A stretch of DNA of 64,000 nucleotides from an uncultured Dehalococcoidia bacterium (GTDB taxonomy: Bacteria > Chloroflexota > Dehalococcoidia > Lucifugimonadales > UBA3495): assembly GCA_958296445.1 (NCBI GenBank), contig OY282565.1, forward strand, positions 3,869,570 through 3,933,569, read 5' to 3'. The position numbers and the translations under genes were made by a program. Positions 52,227 to 59,735 of the stretch are shown one piece after another (position 1 is the stretch's first letter; each line of letters opens with the position of its first letter). The notes below the pieces were generated by a model. The model was not told the origin of the DNA. It saw nothing but the letters and a program-made list of their open reading frames with translations, and ran no database searches.

Positions 52227-53009
52227 TTATATTGAGTTTAGCAGTTGGGGTAGGATGGCGTCGGCGGGGCCGGTTAGGGATAGGTCGCACCAAGGGGTTA
52301 GGGGGGTGGCTTCGGGGTTGATTTCGATTAGGGTTGCGCCGTTTTCTTTGGCGAGGAGGGGCAGGCGGGCGGCGGGGTTTACGGTGCCGGATGTGCCGAC
52401 TAGGAGCATACAGTCGGATTGTTCGGCGGCTTGGCGGCAGGCTTGTAGTACGTCGGGGGGTATGGGTTCGCCGAACATTACGGTGTCTAGTTTTAGCAGG
52501 CCGTTGCATTGTTGGCATTGGGGCGGGTTTTGCGGGGTTTGGGTGTTGCGGGGGGTGCGCCGGTGGCATTGGAGGCAGCGGAGGCGGTTGCGGTTGCCGT
52601 GGATTTCGAGGACGGCGCGGCTGCCGGCGGCGGCGTGGAGGTTGTCTACGTTTTGGGTGATGATGCAGTGGAGGATGCCGCGTTGTTCGAGTTGGGCCAG
52701 GGCTAGGTGGCCGGGGTTGGGGGCGGCTTGGTCTACGGCCTGTTTCATTTGGTATATGGGGTGGGAGGGGTCGGTTTCGGCGGCGAGGCGTGCTTGCCAC
52801 CAGGCGGCGGGGTCGCGGACGAATTCTTGGTAGGAGAGGAGGGGTGGCGCGCCTTGCCGGGGCCTCTGGCGGGTCCATAGGCCGCCTGGGCCGCGGTAGG
52901 TTGGGATGCCGCTGCTCGCGGACAGCCCGGCGCCGACGAGGGCGGTCAGGCGGTGGGCGCGGGCGACGATGGCGGCGGCTTGTTGGATGGGTTGGGTGGT
53001 TTGGGTCAT
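52227..53009 (-). CDS. cobB: NAD-dependent protein deacylase (Sir2/CobB family)
   Basis: 'GAGLSASSGIPTYRG', 'ITQNVDNLH', 'EIHG', Zn ribbon 'CLQCHRR...CQQCNG', 'VGTSGTVNPAA'. Start ATG 53009 (MTQTTQP). Confidence 0.9.
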   Translation of the reverse strand: MTQTTQPIQQAAAIVARAHRLTALVGAGLSASSGIPTYRGPGGLWTRQRPRQGAPPLLSYQEFVRDPAAWWQARLAAETDPSHPIYQMKQAVDQAAPNPGHLALAQLEQRGILHCIITQNVDNLHAAAGSRAVLEIHGNRNRLRCLQCHRRTPRNTQTPQNPPQCQQCNGLLKLDTVMFGEPIPPDVLQACRQAAEQSDCMLLVGTSGTVNPAARLPLLAKENGATLIEINPEATPLTPWCDLSLTGPADAILPQLLNSI

Positions 53010-53101
53010 AGGGGGGATTTTAGCACAGGGGGGGCGATTTCGCGTCAAAGCTGGGGGCGCATGGGCTTGACATTTATGCAAGGAGAAAAGAATCATGATG
53101 G

Positions 53102-53268
53102 GAAATTGTGAATTTTGCTTTTGTCACCCTGAGTTAGGTGAAGGGTCTTACAGCCAAGGGCGGGATTCTTCGCTTTGCTCAGAATGACAGACGCCGATCA
53201 GAGTGACAGGCAGCACTCAGAATGATAGACGCCGATCAGAGTGACAGACAGCGCTCAGAGTGACGGAA
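53102..53268. repeat. Family A MITE-like element at the left border of the AT-rich R-M island
   Basis: gggaaattgtgaattttgcttttgtcaccctgagttaggtgaagggtcttacagccaagggcgggattcttcgctttgctcagaatgacagacgccgatcagagtgacagg... (3 internal ~21-nt units). It overlaps the annotated 5' end of the MTase ORF. Confidence 0.85.
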
Positions 53269-54227
53269 AAAGGGCGATTGAAGTGACATTGCCAAGACGC
53301 CGGACTAACCGAGTGAACGACTTGGATTTGTCCAACTGGCAACAGTATGAAGACATCATTACCGACAGTTTGTGGATACTGGACTCTAGGGACTCCAGTG
53401 GCGCCCATCAAGCGGATTATCATGGGAATTTCATACCGCAGATTCCTAATCAGTTGTTGCGTCGTTTTACCAAGCCAGGGGAGATAGTGCTGGATCCTTT
53501 CATAGGCAGCGGCACAACCGCCATTGAAGCGAATCGTTTGGGGCGACGGTATATCGGAGTAGAGCTGTCGTCAAGGGTGACACAACTGGCGCGACAGCGG
53601 GCATTTGACGATTTGTTAGCGATACCTAACGGGCCTTATTCTGGAACTCGCGAACCCCTGCAAAACGATGGCACGTTCGGTATTATCAATGGTGATAGCG
53701 CTGCGCTGGAAGTCGCCGGAGAAATTGCTTTGCGGTTGAGCGAGGCCGACTCGCGCAAGGTGCAATTTCTGATAATGCACCCGCCATACCACAATATAAT
53801 CAAATTTAGCGACCATCCATCCGACTTGAGCAACTGTTCTGATGTAGAGGAGTATGTAGAACGATTTTTAGCTGTGTACCATAATGTTGTCAATTTCTTG
53901 GATACGGGTCGGCATTTTGCCTTAGTTATCGGAGACATTTACCAGAAAAGCGAATGGATTCCGTTGCAAAATCTGGTAACGTCCAGGTTGTTGTCTACCG
54001 GCGATCTGCGTCTCAAAAGCATTATCGTAAAAAACATGGTCAACAATCGGGCCAAGCGGAACTTGGAAAATCTGTGGCGATACCGCGCCCTCGCCAACGG
54101 GTTTTACATTTTCAAGCACGAGTATATTGTGCTGTTTCAGAAAATCGGTCAAAGGAAAAGGAAATATGGTTCAGCAACCCGAGCTGGTCAATCAGAAACT
54201 CAACTCCATGCCAGTCAAAGATATTAG
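53241..54227 (+). CDS. DNA methyltransferase (N6A/N4C, PF01555-like motifs in permuted order I -> IV); start uncertain
   Basis: 'HGNFIPQIPNQLLRRFTKPGEIVLDPFIGSGTTAIEANRLGRRYIGVEL' (motif I region, normally C-terminal in beta-class enzymes) precedes catalytic 'FLIMHPPY'. The first ~10 codons lie in repeat A, so a later GTG (53283/53313) may be the true start. Confidence 0.8.
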   Translation: MTDSAQSDGKRAIEVTLPRRRTNRVNDLDLSNWQQYEDIITDSLWILDSRDSSGAHQADYHGNFIPQIPNQLLRRFTKPGEIVLDPFIGSGTTAIEANRLGRRYIGVELSSRVTQLARQRAFDDLLAIPNGPYSGTREPLQNDGTFGIINGDSAALEVAGEIALRLSEADSRKVQFLIMHPPYHNIIKFSDHPSDLSNCSDVEEYVERFLAVYHNVVNFLDTGRHFALVIGDIYQKSEWIPLQNLVTSRLLSTGDLRLKSIIVKNMVNNRAKRNLENLWRYRALANGFYIFKHEYIVLFQKIGQRKRKYGSATRAGQSETQLHASQRY

Positions 54228-54990
54228 AGAATTGGCAAGGCTTTCGGGTGTTTCCAACAGTGGGAAACATGGTGATATAGCGGTTCGGCTGATTAACCAG
54301 GATGTCAGCCAAATTGATGCGTTTATCAAAGGCAAATATCAAGAAAAAGTGGTAGAAAGGCAAGCTAAAATAATTTCCGACTCTGATTTAATTACTGAGT
54401 TGGGAAAAGTGGAATCAATCGAATGGGGTGTAGTGCAAGGCCAGCTTGACGGGAAAATTCAACGGGAGTACGTGCGCCGCTACACTAAATTGAATGACTT
54501 GTTGAAAGGCGTCAAAAATCAATTGCACAGCGAAATAACGAAATATACTGTGGCTGCCTGGTACAATCATTGGTCAACAGTGTTGATTGAAGATCAAATC
54601 AGCAGGCATCCTAATGTAGTGCCTACGCTGAAAAACATCAAAGGAGTTGACATATTTTTCAGCGGATACCCGTTTGACCTTAAGATCACTTATCTGCCTA
54701 GAGATTATGATTTGGCGGATGCCATGGACAACCCGCAGAATCTTGCTCGATGGCTGTACGAAAAGCAAGGGCCCCAGAGGTTTGGGGCTGAAAACCGTCT
54801 TTATGTGGTGGTAGCCGATACAACCGACATCACGCAGAGCTGGAAAATCAAGCGCGATATTTCTTTGCTTTCCCAGAGGATTGGCAGTTTTCTGAACTCT
54901 ACTACTGTAAACGAAAACGATTATATTTCTTTCGTTTATGGCGGACGTTCCTACGTTTCAACCTGCAAAATTCTGCTCATCACAAAGTAG
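54166..54990 (+). CDS. Putative type II restriction endonuclease: N-terminal SAP-like domain + PD-(D/E)xK-like core
   Basis: ATG 54166 preceded by aaaggaaaagga. 'MPVKDIRELARLSGVSNSGKHGDIAVRLI' fits the SAP helix-extended-helix pattern. 'GVDIFFSGYPFDLKI' fits D-x9-DxK. It overlaps the MTase 3' end by 62 nt. Confidence 0.5.
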   Translation: MVQQPELVNQKLNSMPVKDIRELARLSGVSNSGKHGDIAVRLINQDVSQIDAFIKGKYQEKVVERQAKIISDSDLITELGKVESIEWGVVQGQLDGKIQREYVRRYTKLNDLLKGVKNQLHSEITKYTVAAWYNHWSTVLIEDQISRHPNVVPTLKNIKGVDIFFSGYPFDLKITYLPRDYDLADAMDNPQNLARWLYEKQGPQRFGAENRLYVVVADTTDITQSWKIKRDISLLSQRIGSFLNSTTVNENDYISFVYGGRSYVSTCKILLITK

Positions 54991-55040
54991 CAAGTTACTC
55001 GGCGAACTCAGGAAAGCAAACTTTAGGGAGCAAATCGGAT

Positions 55041-55394
55041 ATGACCGGGAACAAAACTGAAGCTATTGTACCTACCTGCGAAGAAGACGCTGTTATTGAC
55101 GCGCAGATAGCTGCCGACCCGGACTGCTTTGAGGCGGATGAGGAGTGGTTCAGGAACGCGAAGACTACCGCAGAGCTTTTCCCGGAGATTCTGAAGGGGT
55201 ATAGGCAGCGTCAAGCGGACTTGGCAGCGGGGGTTATCGAGGAGGTTTCGATCACTTTGGACGCTGAGATTGTCAAGTGGTTTCGCGTTCAGGCCGGTGA
55301 GGACGGGGAGACCGGGGGGACGGGCTGGAAAAGTCTGGTTAATAATGCCTTGCGGGAGTATATCGCGGGGGGCAGGGGGGAGGAGAATTTGTAG
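55041..55394 (+). CDS. brnA: BrnA-family (DUF4415) antitoxin-like protein, no cognate BrnT
   Basis: 'EEWFRNAK...VSITLDAEIVKWFRVQAG...GWKSLVNNALREYI' matches the BrnA/DUF4415 ribbon-helix-helix pattern. There is no room for a brnT ORF in the 50 nt upstream. Confidence 0.7.
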   Translation: MTGNKTEAIVPTCEEDAVIDAQIAADPDCFEADEEWFRNAKTTAELFPEILKGYRQRQADLAAGVIEEVSITLDAEIVKWFRVQAGEDGETGGTGWKSLVNNALREYIAGGRGEENL

Positions 55395-55428
55395 GTTGTA
55401 ACGGGATCGGCGGGAAAGCTAATCCGGG

Positions 55429-56073
55429 TCACTCGGCGAAGCCTTCGGGGCCTATTAGGGGGACGAAGCGGCAGGGGCCTAGGTCGCTTATGGATATGCC
55501 TTCGCTGGTTTTTAGGACTAGCAGTAGTTCTTGTTGGTGGCGGGGGCCTATGGGGAGGGTCATTCGGCCGCCTACTTTTAGCTGGGTTAGGAGGGACGGG
55601 GGGATGGCGGGGGCGGCGGCGGCTACTAGGATGGCGTCGTAGGGGCCGCGCTCCGGGCAGCCGGGAACCGGGCCGGCGGGTTCTACTATTATGTTGCGGT
55701 AGTCGAGTTCGGAGAGGGTGGCTTCGGCGCGGGCGGCTAGGGCGGGGAGCCGCTCTACGGTTACGATAAGGCCGTCGGGGGCGAGTTGGGCCAGGATGGC
55801 GGCTTGGTAGCCGGAGCCGCAGCCTACTTCCAGCACTTTGTCGCGGGGGGAAAGGCGGAGGGCGGCGGTCATTTCGGCTACCATAACCGGCTGGGAGATG
55901 GTCTGTCCTTCGCCGATGGACAGGGGTATGTCTAGGTAGGCCAGGGTGCGGTATTCGGGCGGCACAAATCGCTCGCGCGGCACTGCGGCCATTGCCCGCA
56001 GGGTCTGCGGCGACCGGATGCGCCGGGATAGTTGGGCCATCAGCTCGGTTCGTTCCCGCTCTAAATCGGACAT
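55429..56073 (-). CDS. pcm: Protein-L-isoaspartate O-methyltransferase
   Basis: 'VPRERFVP', 'GQTISQPVMVA', 'VLEVGCGSGYQAAILA'. Start ATG 56073 (MSDLERERT). The 398-aa track ORF extends through repeats A and C. Confidence 0.9.
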   Translation of the reverse strand: MSDLERERTELMAQLSRRIRSPQTLRAMAAVPRERFVPPEYRTLAYLDIPLSIGEGQTISQPVMVAEMTAALRLSPRDKVLEVGCGSGYQAAILAQLAPDGLIVTVERLPALAARAEATLSELDYRNIIVEPAGPVPGCPERGPYDAILVAAAAPAIPPSLLTQLKVGGRMTLPIGPRHQQELLLVLKTSEGISISDLGPCRFVPLIGPEGFAE

Positions 56074-56365
56074 ACCGGATTTTAGCACGATGGGGTTGGA
56101 CTTGGGGATTAGCCGCAGAGGGCGTATCCGTTGACACTCTGAGCGAAACGAAAGGGTCTGGCTGCCGAAGGAGAGATTCTTCGCTTTGCTCAGAATGACA
56201 GATATTTGCTTAGATCGGACATACCGGATTTTAGCACGATGGGGTTGCCGGGGGTTGACCGCGGAGGGCGTATCCCTTTGACACTCTGAGCGAAAGGAAA
56301 GGGTCTGGCTGCTGAAGGGGAGATTCTTCGCTTTGCTCAGAATGACAGACATTTGCTTAGAATGG
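56068..56365. repeat. ~149-bp tandem duplication (x2) that includes the pcm start codon region and a family A palindrome
   Basis: ggacataccggattttagcacgatggggtt... occurs at 56068 and again at 56217. Each copy ends with gacactctgagcgaaaSgaaagggtctggctgc...gagattcttcgctttgctcagaatgacaga. Confidence 0.9.
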
Positions 56366-56431
56366 CAGATAGCGTTTGCTCGGGTATTCTTAACGTGCGG
56401 GGGTATTGCCGTTGTGACTGCGCCCCGCACC

Positions 56432-56524
56432 GTCATTCCCGCGAAAGCGGGAATCCACAACCCTGGCCCAATACGGCCTTTGCTTGCACCGGAGCGTCTG
56501 GATTCCCGCTTTCGCGGGAATGAC
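56432..56524. repeat. Complete family C palindromic element
   Basis: gtcattcccgcgaaagcgggaatcc (56432-56456) ... ggattcccgctttcgcgggaatgac (56500-56524). Confidence 0.9.
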
Positions 56525-56711
56525 GGGATGATTTTGGCAATATCAACACACGTTAAGAATACCTTTGCTCGGAGTGACAGACGGCGCTTTGCTTGGAGTG
56601 GCAGGTGGGGGGAGGAATTTTGCAATTGGTTGGGTTAAGCGGCGTCGGTTTGACAGGGTTGGGGGGGCGGCCTAGAATTTTGGGGACGGCAGTTTTTGGG
56701 CTGGAGGGTTC

Positions 56712-57794
56712 ATGCACGTTGGACTGGTGATGGAATGCGATTACCGCTATGGGGAGACTGAGGCGGCGGCTTTCGACGAGGCGTTTGCGATGGCGGAGGC
56801 GGCGGAAACGGGGGGGCTGGACGGGGTTTGGCTGGCGGAACGGCACTTTGCCGCGCCGCGCAGTCCGCTGGACACGGGCGGGGCGGGGATTCCGTCGGTG
56901 GTGTCGGCGCCGCTGATTATATCGTCGGCTATCGTGGCGCGTTATGCGCGGCTGCGGGTGGGCGTGGCGGTGAATGTGCTGCCTTTGGCCCATCCTATCC
57001 GGTTGGCGGAGGAAGTGGCTACCATTGACCATATCAGTAGGGGACGGGTGGAGTTCGGGGTGGGGCGCAGCGGTTTTGCGCGGGCCTATGAGGGCTACGG
57101 GGTGTCTTACGCCGAGAGCCGGGAGCGGTTTCAGGAATGTCTGGATGTGATACTGGCGGCGTGGAGCAATGAGCGGTTTTCTTATGAGGGGAAGTATTAT
57201 CGGTTCAACGATGTTTGCGTGATTCCCAAGCCGTATCAGCGGCCCCATCCGCCGTTGCGCATCGCGGCGACTACGCGGGAAACTTTTCCGCAGGTGGGGG
57301 CGGCGGGGATTCCGGTTTTCGTTGGGCTGCGGGGTATGGACCGTCCTGATCTGGCCCGCAATCTTAGCGAATACCGGGCCGCTTGGAAGGATGCGGGGCA
57401 TTCGGGCGACGGGGACGTTTTTCTGCGGATTCCGGTTTATGTGGGGGAAACGGACAGGGAGGCTTATGCCGACGCCGAGGAGTCCACTATGCGAGCTTAC
57501 CGTCGGCTGGCGCAGAATTTTCTCAGCAGCGCGACGGTGGCGGGGGCTACTCCCGATGAGGAGCGGGTCGAGCGGGGGCAGCGTCTTTCCGCGATTACTT
57601 ACGAAGATCTGTTGCGCGACCGTTTGGCCTACGGCAACCCGGACAGCGTGACCCGTTTGCTGAGGGAGATTGCCGAAGAGCTGGAGCTGTCGGGGGTGGT
57701 GGCCGAGGTGAATGTGGGCGGCGGGATTCCGAAAGACAAGGTGCTGGCGTCGGTGCGGCGGTTCGCCGACGAAGTTGCGCCGGGTTTGCGGTGA
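56712..57794 (+). CDS. LLM-class (luciferase-like) flavin-dependent oxidoreductase
   Basis: 'GLDGVWLAERHF', 'LPLAHPIRLAEEVATIDHISRGRVEFGVGRS', typical of bacterial luciferase-like monooxygenases. Confidence 0.85.
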   Translation: MHVGLVMECDYRYGETEAAAFDEAFAMAEAAETGGLDGVWLAERHFAAPRSPLDTGGAGIPSVVSAPLIISSAIVARYARLRVGVAVNVLPLAHPIRLAEEVATIDHISRGRVEFGVGRSGFARAYEGYGVSYAESRERFQECLDVILAAWSNERFSYEGKYYRFNDVCVIPKPYQRPHPPLRIAATTRETFPQVGAAGIPVFVGLRGMDRPDLARNLSEYRAAWKDAGHSGDGDVFLRIPVYVGETDREAYADAEESTMRAYRRLAQNFLSSATVAGATPDEERVERGQRLSAITYEDLLRDRLAYGNPDSVTRLLREIAEELELSGVVAEVNVGGGIPKDKVLASVRRFADEVAPGLR

Positions 57795-57846
57795 CCGGGG
57801 GATGATGACCACAGAGGACACGGAGGGCGCAGAGGATTTTTGGGGG

Positions 57847-58617
57847 TTAATTGGAGATTTGGGGGAGTATCCATTGGTCTATGGCGTGGGCTAGGCCGTC
57901 TTGTTCGGTTGGGGGGGCGGTGAAGTTGGCGGCGGCGCGGATTTCCGGGGGGGCGTTGCCCATTGCTATGGGGAGGCCGCAGGCGCGGAGCATTGGGAGG
58001 TCGTTGTAGCTGTCGCCGACGCAAGCCATATTGGAGGGGGCTACGTTCAGCATTTGGCCGACGCGGGCGATGCCGCTGCCTTTGTCTATTTGGGCCCGGG
58101 TGAAGTCTACCGCCCATAGCCCGTTGTAGGGGAGTGAGGCTAGGATGACGCTCATTCGGGGGTGGGTTTGGAAACGGGCGGTTAGGGCTTGGGCGGCTTC
58201 GCGGGAAAGGTCTAGGGCGGAAATTCGCACGATGTCGCGGTCGGGGATGTCGCTCACGCGGCGGAAGGTGCCTTGTATGTGGGTGGCGACGAAATTGGCG
58301 TTGAGTTGTTGAATGAGCGCCAGCACTTGGGAGGCGAGTTCCGGCCCTAGCCCGGCGCTCCAGATGTGCTTGCCGGCCACCGGGTCGAGGATGGCCGCGC
58401 CGCCGTCGGATAGCTGGGGGGTGGTCAGCCCTAGCTGGCGGGCGTAGTTGATGACGTCGTGGGGTTCGCGGCCGGTGGCGATGAACACGGGGACACGCGC
58501 CGACAGCCGGGCTACGGCGTCGCGCACTGCGGGGGTGATGCGCTGGTCGGGGCCGATGATGGTGCCGTCTAGGTCTAGGGCGGCGGCCTGGATTTGGGGG
58601 GTGGATTCAGGTTGCAT
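57847..58617 (-). CDS. HAD-IIB (Cof-type) hydrolase
   Basis: 'AAALDLDGTII' (DxDGT), 'IATGR', 'CVGDSYNDLPML'. Start ATG 58617 (MQPESTPQ). Confidence 0.85.
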   Translation of the reverse strand: MQPESTPQIQAAALDLDGTIIGPDQRITPAVRDAVARLSARVPVFIATGREPHDVINYARQLGLTTPQLSDGGAAILDPVAGKHIWSAGLGPELASQVLALIQQLNANFVATHIQGTFRRVSDIPDRDIVRISALDLSREAAQALTARFQTHPRMSVILASLPYNGLWAVDFTRAQIDKGSGIARVGQMLNVAPSNMACVGDSYNDLPMLRACGLPIAMGNAPPEIRAAANFTAPPTEQDGLAHAIDQWILPQISN

Positions 58618-58701
58618 ACACAGGTTCCGTATAGATATGTCCGGCAAAAATACAGGGCGCACGGCTGTGCGCCCCTACGGTGTGTTTTGGGGGTGCGTGG
58701 G

Positions 58702-59157
58702 CTAGTCGAAAACTAGGGCGGTGTTCTGGCGGCCGGGGCGGCGCATTTCGATGAGGCCGTCTTCGGCGTTGTCGAAGGTGTTGCAGAACAGCTCGATGCC
58801 GTTGCCGTCGGGGTCTTTGATGTAGATGCTCTTGGTCATGCTGTGGTCGATGGTGCGGAGGTCGGTCGCCTCGTAGTATTCTTGTAGCTTGTTGTAGTAG
58901 TCCTTCAGCTCTTCGTAGTCCTCAACCTGGATCGCCATGTGGTTCAGGCCCAGGCCGCCGTCGGCCACTTCCTGGGCTTCCTCTTTGGCTTGGAACAGGG
59001 CCAGGTCGTGGTGGATGCGGCCGCAGGTGAGGAACGTGCCGAAGCCGGGCCGCTCGACGGCAATCTCAAAGCCCAGCACGTCGGTGTAGAACTTGGTGGA
59101 GGCGTCCACGTCTTTGACGTTTAGTACCAGGTGTCCAATCCTCTTCGGTTTCGCCAT
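58702..59157 (-). CDS. VOC-family (glyoxalase/extradiol dioxygenase-like) protein
   Basis: 'IGHLVLNVKDVDASTKFYTDVLGFE', 'HHDLAL', 'LNHMAIQV', 'IYIKDPDGNGIELF'. Start ATG 59157. Confidence 0.85.
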   Translation of the reverse strand: MAKPKRIGHLVLNVKDVDASTKFYTDVLGFEIAVERPGFGTFLTCGRIHHDLALFQAKEEAQEVADGGLGLNHMAIQVEDYEELKDYYNKLQEYYEATDLRTIDHSMTKSIYIKDPDGNGIELFCNTFDNAEDGLIEMRRPGRQNTALVFD

Positions 59158-59251
59158 TGCTTCCTCCCTTGGACTCGCGCATCGAGTCGGTGGTGATGTG
59201 TTGCTTAATATACGCCTGCGGGGGCGGTTTGCCAAGACCGGGAATGGGGGT

Positions 59252-59668
59252 TTACTGGCCGGGGTCTAGGGGCGCCTTGAAAATGGCGGAGCCGTCGGCG
59301 TCGTGGAGGTGGTCGATCAGGGCCTGGGTTAGCTGCTGATGATTGCGCTCCATATCCGCCCGGAGGCGGACTTCCAGGCCGTCAATTTCCGCCCGGATTT
59401 CTAGGCGGAGCAAACGCATTTCTTCCCGGAGCAGGCGATTGTCCTCTTGTAGCAGGCGGATGTCGTCTCGTAGCAAGCGGATGTCTTCACGAATAAGCGC
59501 GACTTCGTTGCGCAGGCTTTGGGTTTCGGTTCTGGAAATGCTGACTTCCGTTTTGAGTGAGTTGATTTCGGTCCAGATGAAAGCGGTTATTCCGGCGATG
59601 GAGCTGACGGTCATCAGCACTACTAACAGGGCGCCGCTGTTTTGGTTAATCCACTTGAGAATCTGCAT
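59252..59668 (-). CDS. Small membrane-anchored coiled-coil protein with C-terminal HxHDxDG motif (paralog of 22745..23089)
   Basis: TM 'GALLVVLMTVSSIAGITAFIW', repeats 'IREDIRLLRDDIRLLQEDNRLLREEMRLLRLEIR', tail 'IDHLHDADGSAIF'. Confidence 0.6.
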   Translation of the reverse strand: MQILKWINQNSGALLVVLMTVSSIAGITAFIWTEINSLKTEVSISRTETQSLRNEVALIREDIRLLRDDIRLLQEDNRLLREEMRLLRLEIRAEIDGLEVRLRADMERNHQQLTQALIDHLHDADGSAIFKAPLDPGQ

Positions 59669-59735
59669 CAGAGTTACCCGTCCTGCCCCATTTATGCGGG
59701 GCGGGGGGTTGCCTGTTGGTATTATATCACGCCGG

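Noticed and set aside
52227-53009. Sir2-domain protein as a defence effector (Thoeris/DSR-like), given its position next to the R-M island
   Set aside because: It is a compact (~260 aa) classical sirtuin with the full NAD-binding motifs and a Cys4 Zn ribbon and no extra sensor domains or partner genes. It is most simply a housekeeping CobB-type deacylase.
56553-57821. Minus-strand 422-aa ORF
   Set aside because: It is antisense to the LLM-class oxidoreductase, which has clear family motifs. Its composition is Arg/Pro/His-rich.
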